Below are positions 32,543-43,190 of a DNA stretch of 64,000 nucleotides, piece after piece (within the stretch, counting starts at the first letter, position 1; every line of letters begins with the position of its first letter). A program made the position numbers and the translations under genes. Source of the DNA: Candidatus Methanomethylicia archaeon (GTDB lineage: Archaea; Thermoproteota; Methanomethylicia; Culexarchaeales; Culexarchaeaceae); contig JAVYVS010000001.1 of the NCBI GenBank assembly GCA_038727515.1, forward strand, positions 32,001-96,000, in the 5' to 3' direction. Under the pieces are notes generated by a model. It searched no databases. It had not been told where the DNA came from and saw only the letters and a program-made list of their open reading frames with translations.

Positions 32543-32747
32543 CGATATTATTATTTCTTTTTTCGGCTTTTTAAGGTTTTTCCCATGTTGAATTGTAATA
32601 CGATCATGGCACAAATAAAATTTGCATTAAATTAATAATCAAATGTACCAATTCATGATATAGTTCACTATATAGTTATGCGTAAAATATTCGACAATAG
32701 ACGTAAAAGATTTCGACAATTTATAGTTCACCACAAGGTAAACTATG
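32543..32747 (-). promoter_or_regulatory. CRISPR leader 1
   Basis: 205 bp, reverse-complement homolog of 52543-52747. Confidence 0.92.
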
Positions 32748-32797
32748 TGTTGAAAATTTTATTTTTAGGTATGTTATATACATATGTAGGTGAGATT

Positions 32798-33337
32798 TTG
32801 GCTGAGGATGTTTTAAGGGAGATTGAGAATTTAGCGAGGAAGTGTTTTCTCCCTATTGTTGGTCCTAGGAGGGGTCGGATTTTAGTGGATGTTATCCGTG
32901 AATTTAAGCCTAAACGTATTTTGGAGATTGGTACTCTTATTGGTTATTCAACTATTTTGATGGGGAAGGAGCTTGATGGTGATGCACATATAATTACTAT
33001 TGAGATTGATCCTGAAGCTGCTGAGAAAGCTGTGGATAATATTAGGAGGGCTGGTATTAAACCTAGGGTTGATGTTTTGGTTGGTGATGCTCTTGAAATC
33101 ATTCCGAAACTTGAGGGTGAGTTTGATCTTGTTTTTATTGATGCTGATAAAGATGAGTATTTGGATTATTTGAAGTTGGTTGAAGGTAAACTTCATAGTG
33201 GTAGTGTTGTAGTTGCAGATAATGTTTTTCATGCACCTTCCTATCTAGATTATGTTAGGCATTCTGGTAAGTATAAGAGTAAATTTATTTCTGCTGGTGG
33301 ACGTTGGGATGGACTTGAAGTCAGTATTAAACTTTGA
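32798..33337 (+). CDS. O-methyltransferase (Methyltransf_3 family)
   Basis: LEIGTLIGYS, GDA, FDLVFIDADK, VADN; TTG start after GGTGA. Confidence 0.92.
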   Translation: MAEDVLREIENLARKCFLPIVGPRRGRILVDVIREFKPKRILEIGTLIGYSTILMGKELDGDAHIITIEIDPEAAEKAVDNIRRAGIKPRVDVLVGDALEIIPKLEGEFDLVFIDADKDEYLDYLKLVEGKLHSGSVVVADNVFHAPSYLDYVRHSGKYKSKFISAGGRWDGLEVSIKL

Positions 33338-33385
33338 ATTTAATTTTTATAAATTTTGTATTGTATAATTAGTTTTGGTGTATTT

Positions 33386-33829
33386 TTGTCTATTGATGAG
33401 AGTAGATTGGAGTATTTGCTTAGGGGTAAGACTTGGAGTGTTTATTGGCTTCTTTTAAAGACTGGTAGGCCTATGGGTGTTAGGGAAGTTCAGAGGTCTT
33501 TACGTTTTAGTAGTCCTAGTGTTGCTCTTCATCATTTAGAGCGTTTAAGGGAGTTGGGTTTGGTTGGTAAAGATGATGATAGTGGAAACTATTTTCTCAT
33601 TAATGAAGTTAAGATTGGGGTTTTAAGGCATTTTGTAAAATTGGGTAGACTTCTATTTCCAAGATTCTTCTTTTATGCCATCTTTACATCTTCTTCCACA
33701 ATACTATATACATTGTTTTTAATGAGTGGGTTTACCCGTGAAAATCTATTTATCTTAGTTTTCGGTTTAATTGTTTCTTTAATTTTTTGGTATGAAGCTT
33801 TAAGGATTTGGCGTATGAAACCATTTTAA
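33386..33829 (+). CDS. Winged-helix regulator with two C-terminal TM helices
   Basis: GVREVQRSLRFSSPSVALHHLERL plus a hydrophobic tail. Confidence 0.8.
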   Translation: MSIDESRLEYLLRGKTWSVYWLLLKTGRPMGVREVQRSLRFSSPSVALHHLERLRELGLVGKDDDSGNYFLINEVKIGVLRHFVKLGRLLFPRFFFYAIFTSSSTILYTLFLMSGFTRENLFILVFGLIVSLIFWYEALRIWRMKPF

Positions 33830-33862
33830 TGATTGTTCTAAATTTTAGAACATCTTGTTCTT

Positions 33863-35716
33863 TTGTATAGTATAATATTCTTCAAATGGTTAATTTATTT
33901 GGTGTTGATTTTGGATGTTGAAGTTAAAAGGAAGAGTATTATTTATGGTTTTCTAGCATTTCTATTTGCCATTCTCATTTCAGGTTTTTGTTTTAAATTT
34001 GGTATTCAACCAATATATAATCTATATTCTCCAGATATCTGTAGATTCTCTAGTTATGAGGAATTGGAGAAATTTTTAAAGGTGAATTTATCTTTTTCAA
34101 GTAATTTTAGCAGTAGATATTTAATTGAATTTTCTAGGGGTGGTGAAATTAGTATTTTAAGTGAGGGTAAAATTGTTCCTGCTCATTCAACAACTAATGT
34201 TCAAGTTGCTGGTGTTGATGAAGCTGATATTGTTAAAACTGATGGTGAATATCTGTATATTGTTTCTGATGGTAATATCTATATTGTTAGAGGTTATCCA
34301 CCTAATAAGATTGAGGTAATTTCAAAATTATCTTTTAATAGAACTTATAATTTACAGATTTATGTTTCTGGTAATAGACTTATTGTTTTAGGTTGTATTA
34401 AACCTCAATATATTATTTATAAGAGTTTGATTATGCCAATTCCAAATCGTATTGAAAGTATGGTTTTCATTTATGATATTTCAGATAGGGGGAATCCAAT
34501 ATTAAAGAGGAGTTTAGTTTTTAATGGTACAATTTTAAGTTCTAGGATGATTAATGATTATGTTTATATTGTTTTGAATAATCCCGCGTTGGAGTTTGTT
34601 GATGGAGGTTTTAGAATTCTTATACCAATGATTTCAATTAATGGTTTTACTAAAGTTGTTGAAGCTAATAGGATATGGTATGTTAATAGTTCAGATGTAT
34701 TCTATTATTTTACTATGGTTGGTTCAATTAATGTCTTCAATGATTTTGAAGATCCTTCTTATGAAGTATTTCTTGTGGGTGCAACTTCATGTATATATGT
34801 TTCACATGATAATCTATATTTAACCATTCCAAACACTAAGCTTTGGATTAAATCTTTAAATCCATTTAATAAACATGAAACATTCATTTATAGAATTGAA
34901 TTGAAGGGTGGTAGGATTAGTTTAAAGGCTAAGGGTATTGTTCAAGGTTATGTATTAAATCAATTTAGTATGGATGAATACAATGGTTTTCTTAGAGTTG
35001 CAACAACTACATGGGAGGATTCCACTTCTAAAAATAATGTCTTTGTATTGGATATGAATTTAAATGTTATTGGTAGATTATTGGATCTTGCTCCTGGGGA
35101 ACGTATATATTCAGCTAGATTTATGGGTGATAGATGTTATCTTGTAACCTTTAGACAAGTAGACCCATTTTTCGTAGTAGATTTAAGTGATCCTAGGAAT
35201 CCAAAGGTTTTAGGATTTCTAAAGATTCCTGGATTCTCCAGTTATCTACATCCATATGATGAGAATCATATAATTGGGATTGGAATGGAGGATGGTAAAG
35301 TTAAATTATCATTATTCGATGTTTCAAATGTTGCTAAACCAGTGGAGCTGTCAAAGTATGTTTTTGAGGGTGAATCTTCCAGTACACTTGTGTTGCAAGA
35401 TCATAAGGCATTTCTATTTGATAAATCAATGAAGTTATTAGCTCTTCCAGTATCAATATCCTTTATAAATGGTAGTAAAGGTGGATACGTTAGAAGTTAT
35501 TGGCAGGGATTATATGTTTTCCAATTGGATTTAGAAGCTGGATTTATTTTGAGGGGTAGAATAACCCATCAAAATAATGTTTATGATTTGAGTAGTAAAT
35601 ATTTTGTGAAGAGAGCTCTGTATATTGGAGAATTTCTCTATACTATTTCTGATGGTAAGGTTGCTGTAAACAATTTAAGTGATTTAAAGGTTGTTGGTGA
35701 ACTATTTTTAATTTAA
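33863..35716 (+). CDS. Secreted beta-propeller domain protein (Beta_propel family)
   Basis: STTNVQVAGVDEADIVKTDG, NQFSMDE, GERIYSARF, VTFRQVDP, LKIPGFSSYLHP. Confidence 0.92.
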   Translation: MYSIIFFKWLIYLVLILDVEVKRKSIIYGFLAFLFAILISGFCFKFGIQPIYNLYSPDICRFSSYEELEKFLKVNLSFSSNFSSRYLIEFSRGGEISILSEGKIVPAHSTTNVQVAGVDEADIVKTDGEYLYIVSDGNIYIVRGYPPNKIEVISKLSFNRTYNLQIYVSGNRLIVLGCIKPQYIIYKSLIMPIPNRIESMVFIYDISDRGNPILKRSLVFNGTILSSRMINDYVYIVLNNPALEFVDGGFRILIPMISINGFTKVVEANRIWYVNSSDVFYYFTMVGSINVFNDFEDPSYEVFLVGATSCIYVSHDNLYLTIPNTKLWIKSLNPFNKHETFIYRIELKGGRISLKAKGIVQGYVLNQFSMDEYNGFLRVATTTWEDSTSKNNVFVLDMNLNVIGRLLDLAPGERIYSARFMGDRCYLVTFRQVDPFFVVDLSDPRNPKVLGFLKIPGFSSYLHPYDENHIIGIGMEDGKVKLSLFDVSNVAKPVELSKYVFEGESSSTLVLQDHKAFLFDKSMKLLALPVSISFINGSKGGYVRSYWQGLYVFQLDLEAGFILRGRITHQNNVYDLSSKYFVKRALYIGEFLYTISDGKVAVNNLSDLKVVGELFLI

Positions 35717-35799
35717 ATCTAGATTTCCCTATTCCCGTCATCTTTGTCATTCACAATAGAAATCTATATTAATTTTTCGTATTAAATTGAGGTTTAGTT

Positions 35800-37251
35800 T
35801 TGGTGGTTTTGTTGAAAGGTGTTGATGATCGTAGGATTTTAAGTGTTCTTTCAGTTACAACTCTTGCTGCTCTACTTACTGGTTTAAATGCTAGATTAGC
35901 TGTTGTTGGTTTACCTATTATTGCAAGTGAATTGAATGCGAATGTTGATACTATTTTGTGGATTGTTCAAGGTTATATGATTGGTTCAACTATTATTCAA
36001 TTGATTGTTGGTAGGCTTTCTGATATTTATGGTAGAGTTAGATTGTTTAATTTGGGTTTTCTAATATTTATAGCTGCTGCTATAATTGCTGGTTTCTCTC
36101 CTAATCCTATTGTTTTGATTTTATCTAGGATTATTCAAGGTGTTGGTGGAGCTTTCCTCATGACCTTAAGTATAACTATTTTAACCGATAATATTCCTAG
36201 GGGTAGATTGGCCACTTGGCTTGGTGTTAATCAAGTTGCTTGGAGAATTGGCGCTATTATGGGGCTTTCACTTAGTGGTTTCATCATAGATTTATTGGGT
36301 TGGAGGTGGCTTTACCTCTCATATGTCCCCATAGGTTTCATCTTTTACTTATGGGGTGTAAAAACTTTGAAGGAAGTTTATAAGCCTATTGAAAATCCTT
36401 ATATTGATAAGATTGGTTTCATATTGTTCACATCTTTCCTCTCTACACTTTTAATTTCATTGACGCTATTCACCTTTGGATCTACATATATTTATTATGC
36501 ATATACACTCTTACTTGTATCAATGATATTTTTGGGTTTATTTGTTTATTGGGAGTTTAAAATTCCATTTCCAGCTTTAGATTTCTCCCTCTTTAAAATT
36601 TGGCAGTTTACTGGTGGAATAATTTCTCAAATGCTATATTCCGTTGGGTTTGGTGCTTCTTCAACATTATTGGTTTTGTATCTTGAGGTTGTGAGAAGGT
36701 TTTCTGCTACTTGGACTGGTATAGCGATAACCCCATTTGAATTTTCATATTTATTGTTTGGTTTGCTTGGTGGTAGACTTTCTGATAGATTTGGATATGT
36801 TAAGATAACTGTGATTGGTTTATCTGCTTCTTCCATTGCATTTTATCTTTTTTCCACTATGAATATGGAAACTGACCTCAATCTAGTGGTATTATATCAA
36901 GTATTGTTTGGTTTTGGAGCTGGATTATTTGTAGCTCCAAATACAAGTTCAATTATGACTTCTGTATCTCAAAGTAAGAGGGGTGTGGCTTCTGCAATTA
37001 GATCAATATCCTTCAATATTGGTTTCCTATTGAGTTTAAATCTTGCTATAATTTCCATGGTTCAATACGTACCATATGATGTAGCGTCAAAATTGATAGT
37101 GGCTAAAGGTTTATCTTCTGGTAGTGGTGGGTACACCCTCCTTGATTTAGCAAATGCCATTTCAAAATCCTTCTTAATACAAGCTATAGCCATGGCTTCT
37201 GCAATACCTTTCTCATTGTCTAGAGGTTTAAAGATCAATGGAAAATTGTAA
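35800..37251 (+). CDS. MFS transporter (DHA2/EmrB-like)
   Basis: GRLSDIYGR, RIIQGVGG, GRLSDRFG; about 14 TM. Confidence 0.93.
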   Translation: MVVLLKGVDDRRILSVLSVTTLAALLTGLNARLAVVGLPIIASELNANVDTILWIVQGYMIGSTIIQLIVGRLSDIYGRVRLFNLGFLIFIAAAIIAGFSPNPIVLILSRIIQGVGGAFLMTLSITILTDNIPRGRLATWLGVNQVAWRIGAIMGLSLSGFIIDLLGWRWLYLSYVPIGFIFYLWGVKTLKEVYKPIENPYIDKIGFILFTSFLSTLLISLTLFTFGSTYIYYAYTLLLVSMIFLGLFVYWEFKIPFPALDFSLFKIWQFTGGIISQMLYSVGFGASSTLLVLYLEVVRRFSATWTGIAITPFEFSYLLFGLLGGRLSDRFGYVKITVIGLSASSIAFYLFSTMNMETDLNLVVLYQVLFGFGAGLFVAPNTSSIMTSVSQSKRGVASAIRSISFNIGFLLSLNLAIISMVQYVPYDVASKLIVAKGLSSGSGGYTLLDLANAISKSFLIQAIAMASAIPFSLSRGLKINGKL

Positions 37252-37276
37252 ATGTTTTTGAGTAATCTTTATTTGT

Positions 37277-37320
37277 ATTCTATTTAGAATTATTCTTGTG
37301 AGAATTATTCCTAGAGGAAT
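37277..37320. promoter_or_regulatory. Triple tandem palindrome ATTCY-N4-RGAAT spanning the ATPase start
   Basis: ATTCTATTTAGAAT, ATTCTTGTGAGAAT, ATTCCTAGAGGAAT at a 15-bp period. Confidence 0.7.
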
Positions 37321-38530
37321 TGAACTGGAACTTATAGAGAAATCTGGTCCTTGGAAGATGATTTATGGGAGGAGGAAGACTGGTAAATCCTTTCTCGTGG
37401 AAAACTTCTTGAAGTATGATAGATTCTTCTTTGTTAATAGAGATTCAACTGTTATGGATAAATTTTCCATGGAGAAGTATAATTGGAATGAATTTCTCAA
37501 AGTTTTTAGAGAGCTTCTTGGGGTTAAGAAGATTGTTATAGATGAATTTCATCGTTTACCAAGTGAATTCCTAGATTTCCTACACTCCATGGGTTCTAGG
37601 GGTGAATTAATATTAATTACATCTACACTTTGGCTTGCTAAGAAGCTTCTTGGTGAAGGTTCACCTTTAATTGGACTTGTATATCCCATAAAAATTGGAT
37701 TAATTGATGAAAGAGATTTAATAAAAAGTTTATCTAGTGAATTTAGTGGTAAAGAGCTTATTGAAGTATGTGTTTATTTAAGGGAGCCATTCTTAATACC
37801 AAATTTTAAACCGCCTCTACGTGAATTTCTAACTAACTTCCTCTATGAAAATAAATATTTCCTTAAGAATTTGATTGGAGAGATATTTAGTGAAGAAGAG
37901 AGGGAGCTTACCAATGTTTATGATGTTATTCTTAGAGCTATATCTAATGGTAGGAATGTGAGTACAGAGATTTCAACAACCCTATTCTCTAGGGGGTTGA
38001 TTGTTAAGGATAATCCAGGTGTTGTACAAAAATATTTAGATATACTTACCGATATGGGGATTATTGAGAAATTTAAGGTTTATGGTAAAAGGAAATTCAA
38101 GTATATGCATATATCCCCATTACTGGATTTACACTTCTATCTTGAGGAGAAGTATTCTTATGTTGAGGTGGATACACCATTAAAATTCATTAAAAACGTT
38201 GTTGAAATTAAAATTCCAATTCATGTGGAGCAATTCTTTAGAAGTTTACTATCGAAAATCTTTGGATTACAACCACAATTAATAGAAGAGAAGGATTTTG
38301 AATTGGATTTAGCTTTATTCAAATTCAATGATTTAGAGTTAATTGGAGAAGTTAAATGGAGGGATTATGTAAGTGTGGGAGAAGTTAAATCAATTGAAGA
38401 TAAAATGGGTAGGTTTAAAGGTGTTAAGAAGATTTTGATTGTACCAAATGAAAAAGTTTTGGAGAAAGTTCCAGAGGGAATCGAGGTTTGGGATGTGGAT
38501 ACTCTACTTAGATTTGTATTGGAGGGTTGA
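37298..38530 (+). CDS. Archaeal ATPase with wHTH and C-terminal PD-(D/E)xK-like domain
   Basis: YGRRKTGKS, IDEFHRL, ELDLAL...GEVKW. Confidence 0.88.
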   Translation: MRIIPRGIELELIEKSGPWKMIYGRRKTGKSFLVENFLKYDRFFFVNRDSTVMDKFSMEKYNWNEFLKVFRELLGVKKIVIDEFHRLPSEFLDFLHSMGSRGELILITSTLWLAKKLLGEGSPLIGLVYPIKIGLIDERDLIKSLSSEFSGKELIEVCVYLREPFLIPNFKPPLREFLTNFLYENKYFLKNLIGEIFSEEERELTNVYDVILRAISNGRNVSTEISTTLFSRGLIVKDNPGVVQKYLDILTDMGIIEKFKVYGKRKFKYMHISPLLDLHFYLEEKYSYVEVDTPLKFIKNVVEIKIPIHVEQFFRSLLSKIFGLQPQLIEEKDFELDLALFKFNDLELIGEVKWRDYVSVGEVKSIEDKMGRFKGVKKILIVPNEKVLEKVPEGIEVWDVDTLLRFVLEG

Positions 38531-38532
38531 AT

Positions 38533-39846
38533 CTATTGAATGAGGTATAACTGTTCTTGTCTTCCATGTAGCCAATATGGTTTTCCATTGGTAAAGACTA
38601 TATCATCTTCCAATGCCATTCTAATCTCCATATCACCCCACTCTGGAATTTTATGGTATGTACATAGTTCTATGGAGAAACATGTATCTTCAATAACTTC
38701 ATAATCCCCTCTTCCAGGTATGCCTTCTTGATTATCCCATAAACCTATGATTGGCCCTGCCCCATGACCATGAAATCCAAGTGGATGTGTATATATCCTA
38801 CCCTTAATCCCCTCTCTACAAGCTTTCTCCAATGCTGATTTCAATATTTGATTTCCAGTTCTACCAATTTCAAATTCCTCCAACAATATATCTTGTAGTC
38901 TATTTGTTGTTTTTAGAGCGTTTTCAATGGATTTAGGAGCATCTGTTTCCCCTATTTTAAGTATGTATGCATTGTGTTGTGTATCTGTACATAGGTTTAA
39001 ATATCTTATCCCCACATCACAATGTAGCAAGTCTCCAGGCATAATCTTCTTTCTAATATTCCCACGTTGAACTCCAAAGTTTTGTGGTGGATTATCTGGT
39101 GCTTGAATATCTACTGTTGGTTGAAACCATGCTTCTAAACCTAAATCCAATATTGTTTGCCTCATCCACCAAACCACATCTTCAGTGGTTGTTACTCCAG
39201 GGTGAATAACATTGTTTGAAAATGCTTCTCTAATAATGGTATGCGCTATTCCCACTATACCTGGATATACATCTATTTCTGGTTTAATCCTCTTCTCAAG
39301 CCATTGAACAATAAGTCTCTCAGCACTTTTAACGCGATTCATGTAATCTCCTAAAGCTCTACTTATTAAGTTGTATTCAGTGTAGGTTAAACCATCTGCA
39401 TGTTGAAAGTTTTCAGAGAAGTTTAATCCTATGGTTTTTGGATCTCTTTCTCTAACGATTCTAGTTAAACATGTAAATTGATCTTCTTTTTCAGGGTCCC
39501 ATACAGCTTCATAGAATCCTTCAATTCCATAACGTGAGAGAACAAGTTTCTCTAAATTTCCATCTCTTCTAAGTGTAAATACTAGTATAGTCCTCCTCCT
39601 AGCTGAAAGCATTGTTGAAGGTAGTAGTGAAAACATTACTGGATCTTCATTATATTCCCTTCCATCCACAATCCACATATCAAATCCTTCTTTCAACATT
39701 AATTCTGGTAGGAGTTTATCTAGTCTCTCCTTCAACCATTCATCAACGATTTTCGCTCTCTCTTTTAAGGGTAGAATCTTATTTTTAATGGAATTTAATC
39801 CACAAAATCCCTCAACCAATACTTCCACCAATAAGATTATTTCCAA
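38533..39846 (-). CDS. M24 family Xaa-Pro metallopeptidase
   Basis: REYNEDP, HCDVG, TDTQ, THPLGFHGH, SIE, LEDD. Confidence 0.9.
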   Translation of the reverse strand: MEIILLVEVLVEGFCGLNSIKNKILPLKERAKIVDEWLKERLDKLLPELMLKEGFDMWIVDGREYNEDPVMFSLLPSTMLSARRRTILVFTLRRDGNLEKLVLSRYGIEGFYEAVWDPEKEDQFTCLTRIVRERDPKTIGLNFSENFQHADGLTYTEYNLISRALGDYMNRVKSAERLIVQWLEKRIKPEIDVYPGIVGIAHTIIREAFSNNVIHPGVTTTEDVVWWMRQTILDLGLEAWFQPTVDIQAPDNPPQNFGVQRGNIRKKIMPGDLLHCDVGIRYLNLCTDTQHNAYILKIGETDAPKSIENALKTTNRLQDILLEEFEIGRTGNQILKSALEKACREGIKGRIYTHPLGFHGHGAGPIIGLWDNQEGIPGRGDYEVIEDTCFSIELCTYHKIPEWGDMEIRMALEDDIVFTNGKPYWLHGRQEQLYLIQ

Positions 39847-39852
39847 AAACCT

Positions 39853-40461
39853 TTAATGCTTTTCCAATTCACTTTTAACTTCATTTATAAGTTTTATTGC
39901 TTTCTCTATCTCTCCCCTAAGTTTAATGTTATATAATGCTGCAGCTGGATGATATGATGCTATCACATATACATTCATCCCCAAAAATTTTGCCCTATAT
40001 ATTTTACCTTGAACTTCACTTATAGATGTAAACTTTATCCCAGCTTTTGAAAATATGTATGATGTTGAATGTCTACCTAAAGTTACAATTATCTCTGGTT
40101 TTATCAAGTTTAATTGTCTATCTAGGTATGTATGACATGCTTCTATCTCTCTTTCATTTGGATCTCTATTTTCAGGAGGTCTACATTTAACTATATTGGT
40201 TATATAGACTTCACTCCTCTTAATTCCAGCTTTACCTAGGATTTCATCCAATAGTTTTCCAGCTGCACCAACAAAAGGTAAACCTTTCACATCCTCCCAA
40301 TATCCGGGTGCTTCACCAATAAATACTATAGATGCATTAATATTTCCATCACCTAAAACTGGATTTCTACGATGCCTCCATAAATCGCACTTCCTACAAT
40401 TCTTTACTTCAAGTCTCAATTTCTCCATAGCTTCAAAATTCTGTGATTTTTCCAAAGACAT
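39853..40461 (-). CDS. udg: Family 4 uracil-DNA glycosylase
   Basis: CxxC, GEAPG, PFVGAAG, VKCRPPENR, YHPAA. Confidence 0.96.
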   Translation of the reverse strand: MSLEKSQNFEAMEKLRLEVKNCRKCDLWRHRRNPVLGDGNINASIVFIGEAPGYWEDVKGLPFVGAAGKLLDEILGKAGIKRSEVYITNIVKCRPPENRDPNEREIEACHTYLDRQLNLIKPEIIVTLGRHSTSYIFSKAGIKFTSISEVQGKIYRAKFLGMNVYVIASYHPAAALYNIKLRGEIEKAIKLINEVKSELEKH

Positions 40462-40537
40462 TTAACCAAATATACTTGGGTTTAACCCTAAAATTAATTT
40501 TCCCCTTAATTCTATAAATTAATCTTTAAATTTAACT

Positions 40538-41647
40538 TCACTCAATACTCTCAATATCTTCTTCTTGAACTAGTTTTTCATGTAGTATTGTGGTTATAGC
40601 TGTTATTGCTGATGCTAATGCATAGTCTGTTGATATAACTATTCCTGGTGCTATATCTAGTACGTAATTGGCAAATCTAAATAATCCAGTTGGAATTCCT
40701 TCTCTAGCTCCCACCATTAGGTTTATATTCCTCCCCCTTTTCACATTCTCCAAGATGAAATCAGCTACTTCACCACTTATCTTTGATATAGGTTCACCTT
40801 CAGGTTCAAATATTATTATTGGTTGATTTATCTTTGATCTAATGAATTGATACATATCTTGTATTTGAACTTGAGTTTTATGTACTTCTCTACCATAATT
40901 CCTCTTTTGAATCTTATATCTAGATTCTATACCTTCAAAAAGACCCTTTAAAAAGTGGTAGAATGGTTGTGCATCAACTATTGATATTGGAGCTATAATC
41001 AATCTCCCAACTTCATATGTTTGAACCTCCCTTCCAATCCTAGTACCCATAACATATGATGCATCTATAGGCCCTAGATAAGGTTCATGTGCAATTACAA
41101 ACTTCCTAAAAACCTTATACATTGGATATTTATACGGCTTCATCTTCCTATGAAATTCAGATCCTGAAACCATTGATAGATATGCATAACCATTAATTAT
41201 TTGTACCACTAAAACTTTATCTGGATTCTCCAAATCTACTTTAGCATTAGTTAACTTCTTTAATTCACTCCCAACAGCTATATTTACATCCATCGATTTA
41301 AAATCATGTCTACCTCTCCTAACAGTTGAAACTGCAAATTTATCTTCACATGATATTCTTTCAGAAAAACTCTTTGAACATTCAATTATCCCATCCAATT
41401 TAGCTTCACAAATTTTCTCCACAAGAAAAACTTTCTCAACTTCTGGAATCCTCTTTTTCACTTCTTCAAACAATTTATTCTTATCACTTGCATATGCAAC
41501 TAAAACCAATCCTGGAAATCCCTGTGGAGATGAAAGCACTTGAGCATTTACATCTAAATCCCTAACATAAGACTCCACAATCTTCTCCATCCCAAGCTTA
41601 CAAGTTATTATTAAATCAACCTTATCATAAGCAAACAGTTTCATCAA
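40538..41647 (-). CDS. THUMP-domain SPOUT RNA methyltransferase (AF2226-like)
   Basis: THUMP (RRGRHDF..VG...VDLENPD) plus SPOUT (FEPEG, GAREGIP, DIAPG..STD). Confidence 0.88.
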   Translation of the reverse strand: MMKLFAYDKVDLIITCKLGMEKIVESYVRDLDVNAQVLSSPQGFPGLVLVAYASDKNKLFEEVKKRIPEVEKVFLVEKICEAKLDGIIECSKSFSERISCEDKFAVSTVRRGRHDFKSMDVNIAVGSELKKLTNAKVDLENPDKVLVVQIINGYAYLSMVSGSEFHRKMKPYKYPMYKVFRKFVIAHEPYLGPIDASYVMGTRIGREVQTYEVGRLIIAPISIVDAQPFYHFLKGLFEGIESRYKIQKRNYGREVHKTQVQIQDMYQFIRSKINQPIIIFEPEGEPISKISGEVADFILENVKRGRNINLMVGAREGIPTGLFRFANYVLDIAPGIVISTDYALASAITAITTILHEKLVQEEDIESIE

Positions 41648-41699
41648 CCCCCAATTATAATTTAATTAAACCATGAAATTATGTTTAATGCAATACTTT

Positions 41700-41865
41700 A
41701 ATAATATGGTAATGTGTTTCAACTCCACTTGAACTTGTAAATGCAGCTCCAACTTTACCTTCAAGTTTCTCATGTACTTCAATAGATCTATCAATTAAAT
41801 TCTTAAGTTTGCTGGGCATTTTACCATAGTATTTTATTATAAAGCTTCCACGTATACATCAAAAT
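41700..41865 (-). pseudogene. Eroded copy of the flavodoxin gene at 23316-23795
   Basis: GAACTTGTAAATGCAGCTCCAACTTTACCTTCAAGTTTCTCATGTA is identical to 23518 onward; 12-nt internal deletion. Confidence 0.9.
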
Positions 41866-41889
41866 ATTATTTGGTATTTAAGATGAAGC

Positions 41890-41972
41890 TTTATTGTATT
41901 AGTGGGTTTACTTCAATGATTTCATCTTCCCTTATGAATCTTCTATATCAAGCTTCAAATAATTTTGGTGTT
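41890..41972 (-). pseudogene. Eroded copy of the 3' end of the MNT gene
   Basis: Collinear with about 26397-26479 (TTATTGTATTA...TTCAATGATTTCATCTT...ATGAATCTT...TTTGGTGTT). Confidence 0.85.
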
Positions 41973-42113
41973 ATATTACATCACAATAGTTGGACATAGC
42001 AATTTACAGGGAGCTATTCAAGAAGCAGCATCAAAATTACGGATTTCAATGTTATTTTGGGATATACTTTGCTTTTCTACTTATACATAGACTTATAGTG
42101 GAGTTTATGAAAC

Positions 42114-43190
42114 CTATAACCTCTTAGCAGCTTCCTTTATTAGGGGATCCATAAATTTATTATCCTCATCTATTATAGAGTGTCTCCTCAAAGTTATTAG
42201 TATATCATGCAATACCCTATCACTTACACCTCTACCTTCAATATCCTCTAAAAACCTTTTAAGCTTACCCCACTCTACAACTTCCTGTGCCAAAGCTCTT
42301 AGAATTACAATATATCTACTCCTACTAACTCTAAATCTAAGGAAGTTTTCAAGCTCCAATCTAGCAAGTTCAATAGCATCATTCCAAATATCCCTATAAC
42401 TTCTTCCACCAAAACACTTTGAATATCCATAATATGTAAGCCACCCTATAATACCATTAAACATATTTACAACTTCTTCAATTTCACTTTTAGGAGGTTC
42501 AACACCATATTCTTCAAAACCCTTAATTAAGAAATCTATAGCCTCCTCCCTCCTCAGTCTCCTAGTTTTAACTTCAAAATATGCTCTTCCAAAGAGGGGT
42601 GCCTTTGGATCCTTTAAAAAGCCATAGAGTACACCCATTTCAGAGCCAGATATTATAAAGGAGAGATTTCTAAGATGATCATATGCATATGCCATGGCAT
42701 TCTGAAGGATTCTACCAACAATGCCAAAAGCATTTTGAATCTCATCAAAAACCACTACAATCTTTGAATTATGTTCATAAGCTGCATCATTAAGTATTGT
42801 GAAAAGCTCCGTTAAAAGAGGTCTATCCCTACCCCAACTAAACTCAACATTAAAACCTGATATACTAACCCCCCTCACAACCCTCAAAAACTTCAATATA
42901 GTTTCCTGAAAACTCTTCCATCTAGACCCCCAAGCCAACAACTCTGATACCCCACTAGATATAAAGCTATACAAATCCCTTCTAGAACCAATTGTACTCC
43001 TCAAATCAACATACATATAAGGAACATTACAATCTTCAAGAACTGACAGTATCAATGAAGTTTTACCAGTCCTCCTCAAACCAGAAACTAGAATTAAAGG
43101 TTGCCCAATAGCATTTCTAAGCCTATGAAATTCATCATCAAAATCATAAATATCCTTCTTCAAACGTTTAGGTCTAGGATCAAAAAGCAC
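42114..43190 (-). CDS. Archaeal ATPase (ATPase_2) with winged helix
   Basis: LFDPRPK, GLRRTGKTS, VFDEIQ, SGSEMG, GIIGWL; GTG start at 43190. Confidence 0.9.
   Translation of the reverse strand: MLFDPRPKRLKKDIYDFDDEFHRLRNAIGQPLILVSGLRRTGKTSLILSVLEDCNVPYMYVDLRSTIGSRRDLYSFISSGVSELLAWGSRWKSFQETILKFLRVVRGVSISGFNVEFSWGRDRPLLTELFTILNDAAYEHNSKIVVVFDEIQNAFGIVGRILQNAMAYAYDHLRNLSFIISGSEMGVLYGFLKDPKAPLFGRAYFEVKTRRLRREEAIDFLIKGFEEYGVEPPKSEIEEVVNMFNGIIGWLTYYGYSKCFGGRSYRDIWNDAIELARLELENFLRFRVSRSRYIVILRALAQEVVEWGKLKRFLEDIEGRGVSDRVLHDILITLRRHSIIDEDNKFMDPLIKEAAKRL

Noticed and set aside
32678-32797. N-terminal extension of the O-methyltransferase ORF
   Set aside because: It overlaps the CRISPR leader; the TTG at 32798 has a GGTGA SD and gives a normal-length protein.
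11034-33337. SAM-AMP type III signalling suggested by the DHH nuclease and methyltransferase genes
   Set aside because: No CorA or SAM lyase is seen, the DHH gene is more than 45 kb from cas10, and the linked accessories (Csx1, Crn1, Crn3) are cA4-type.
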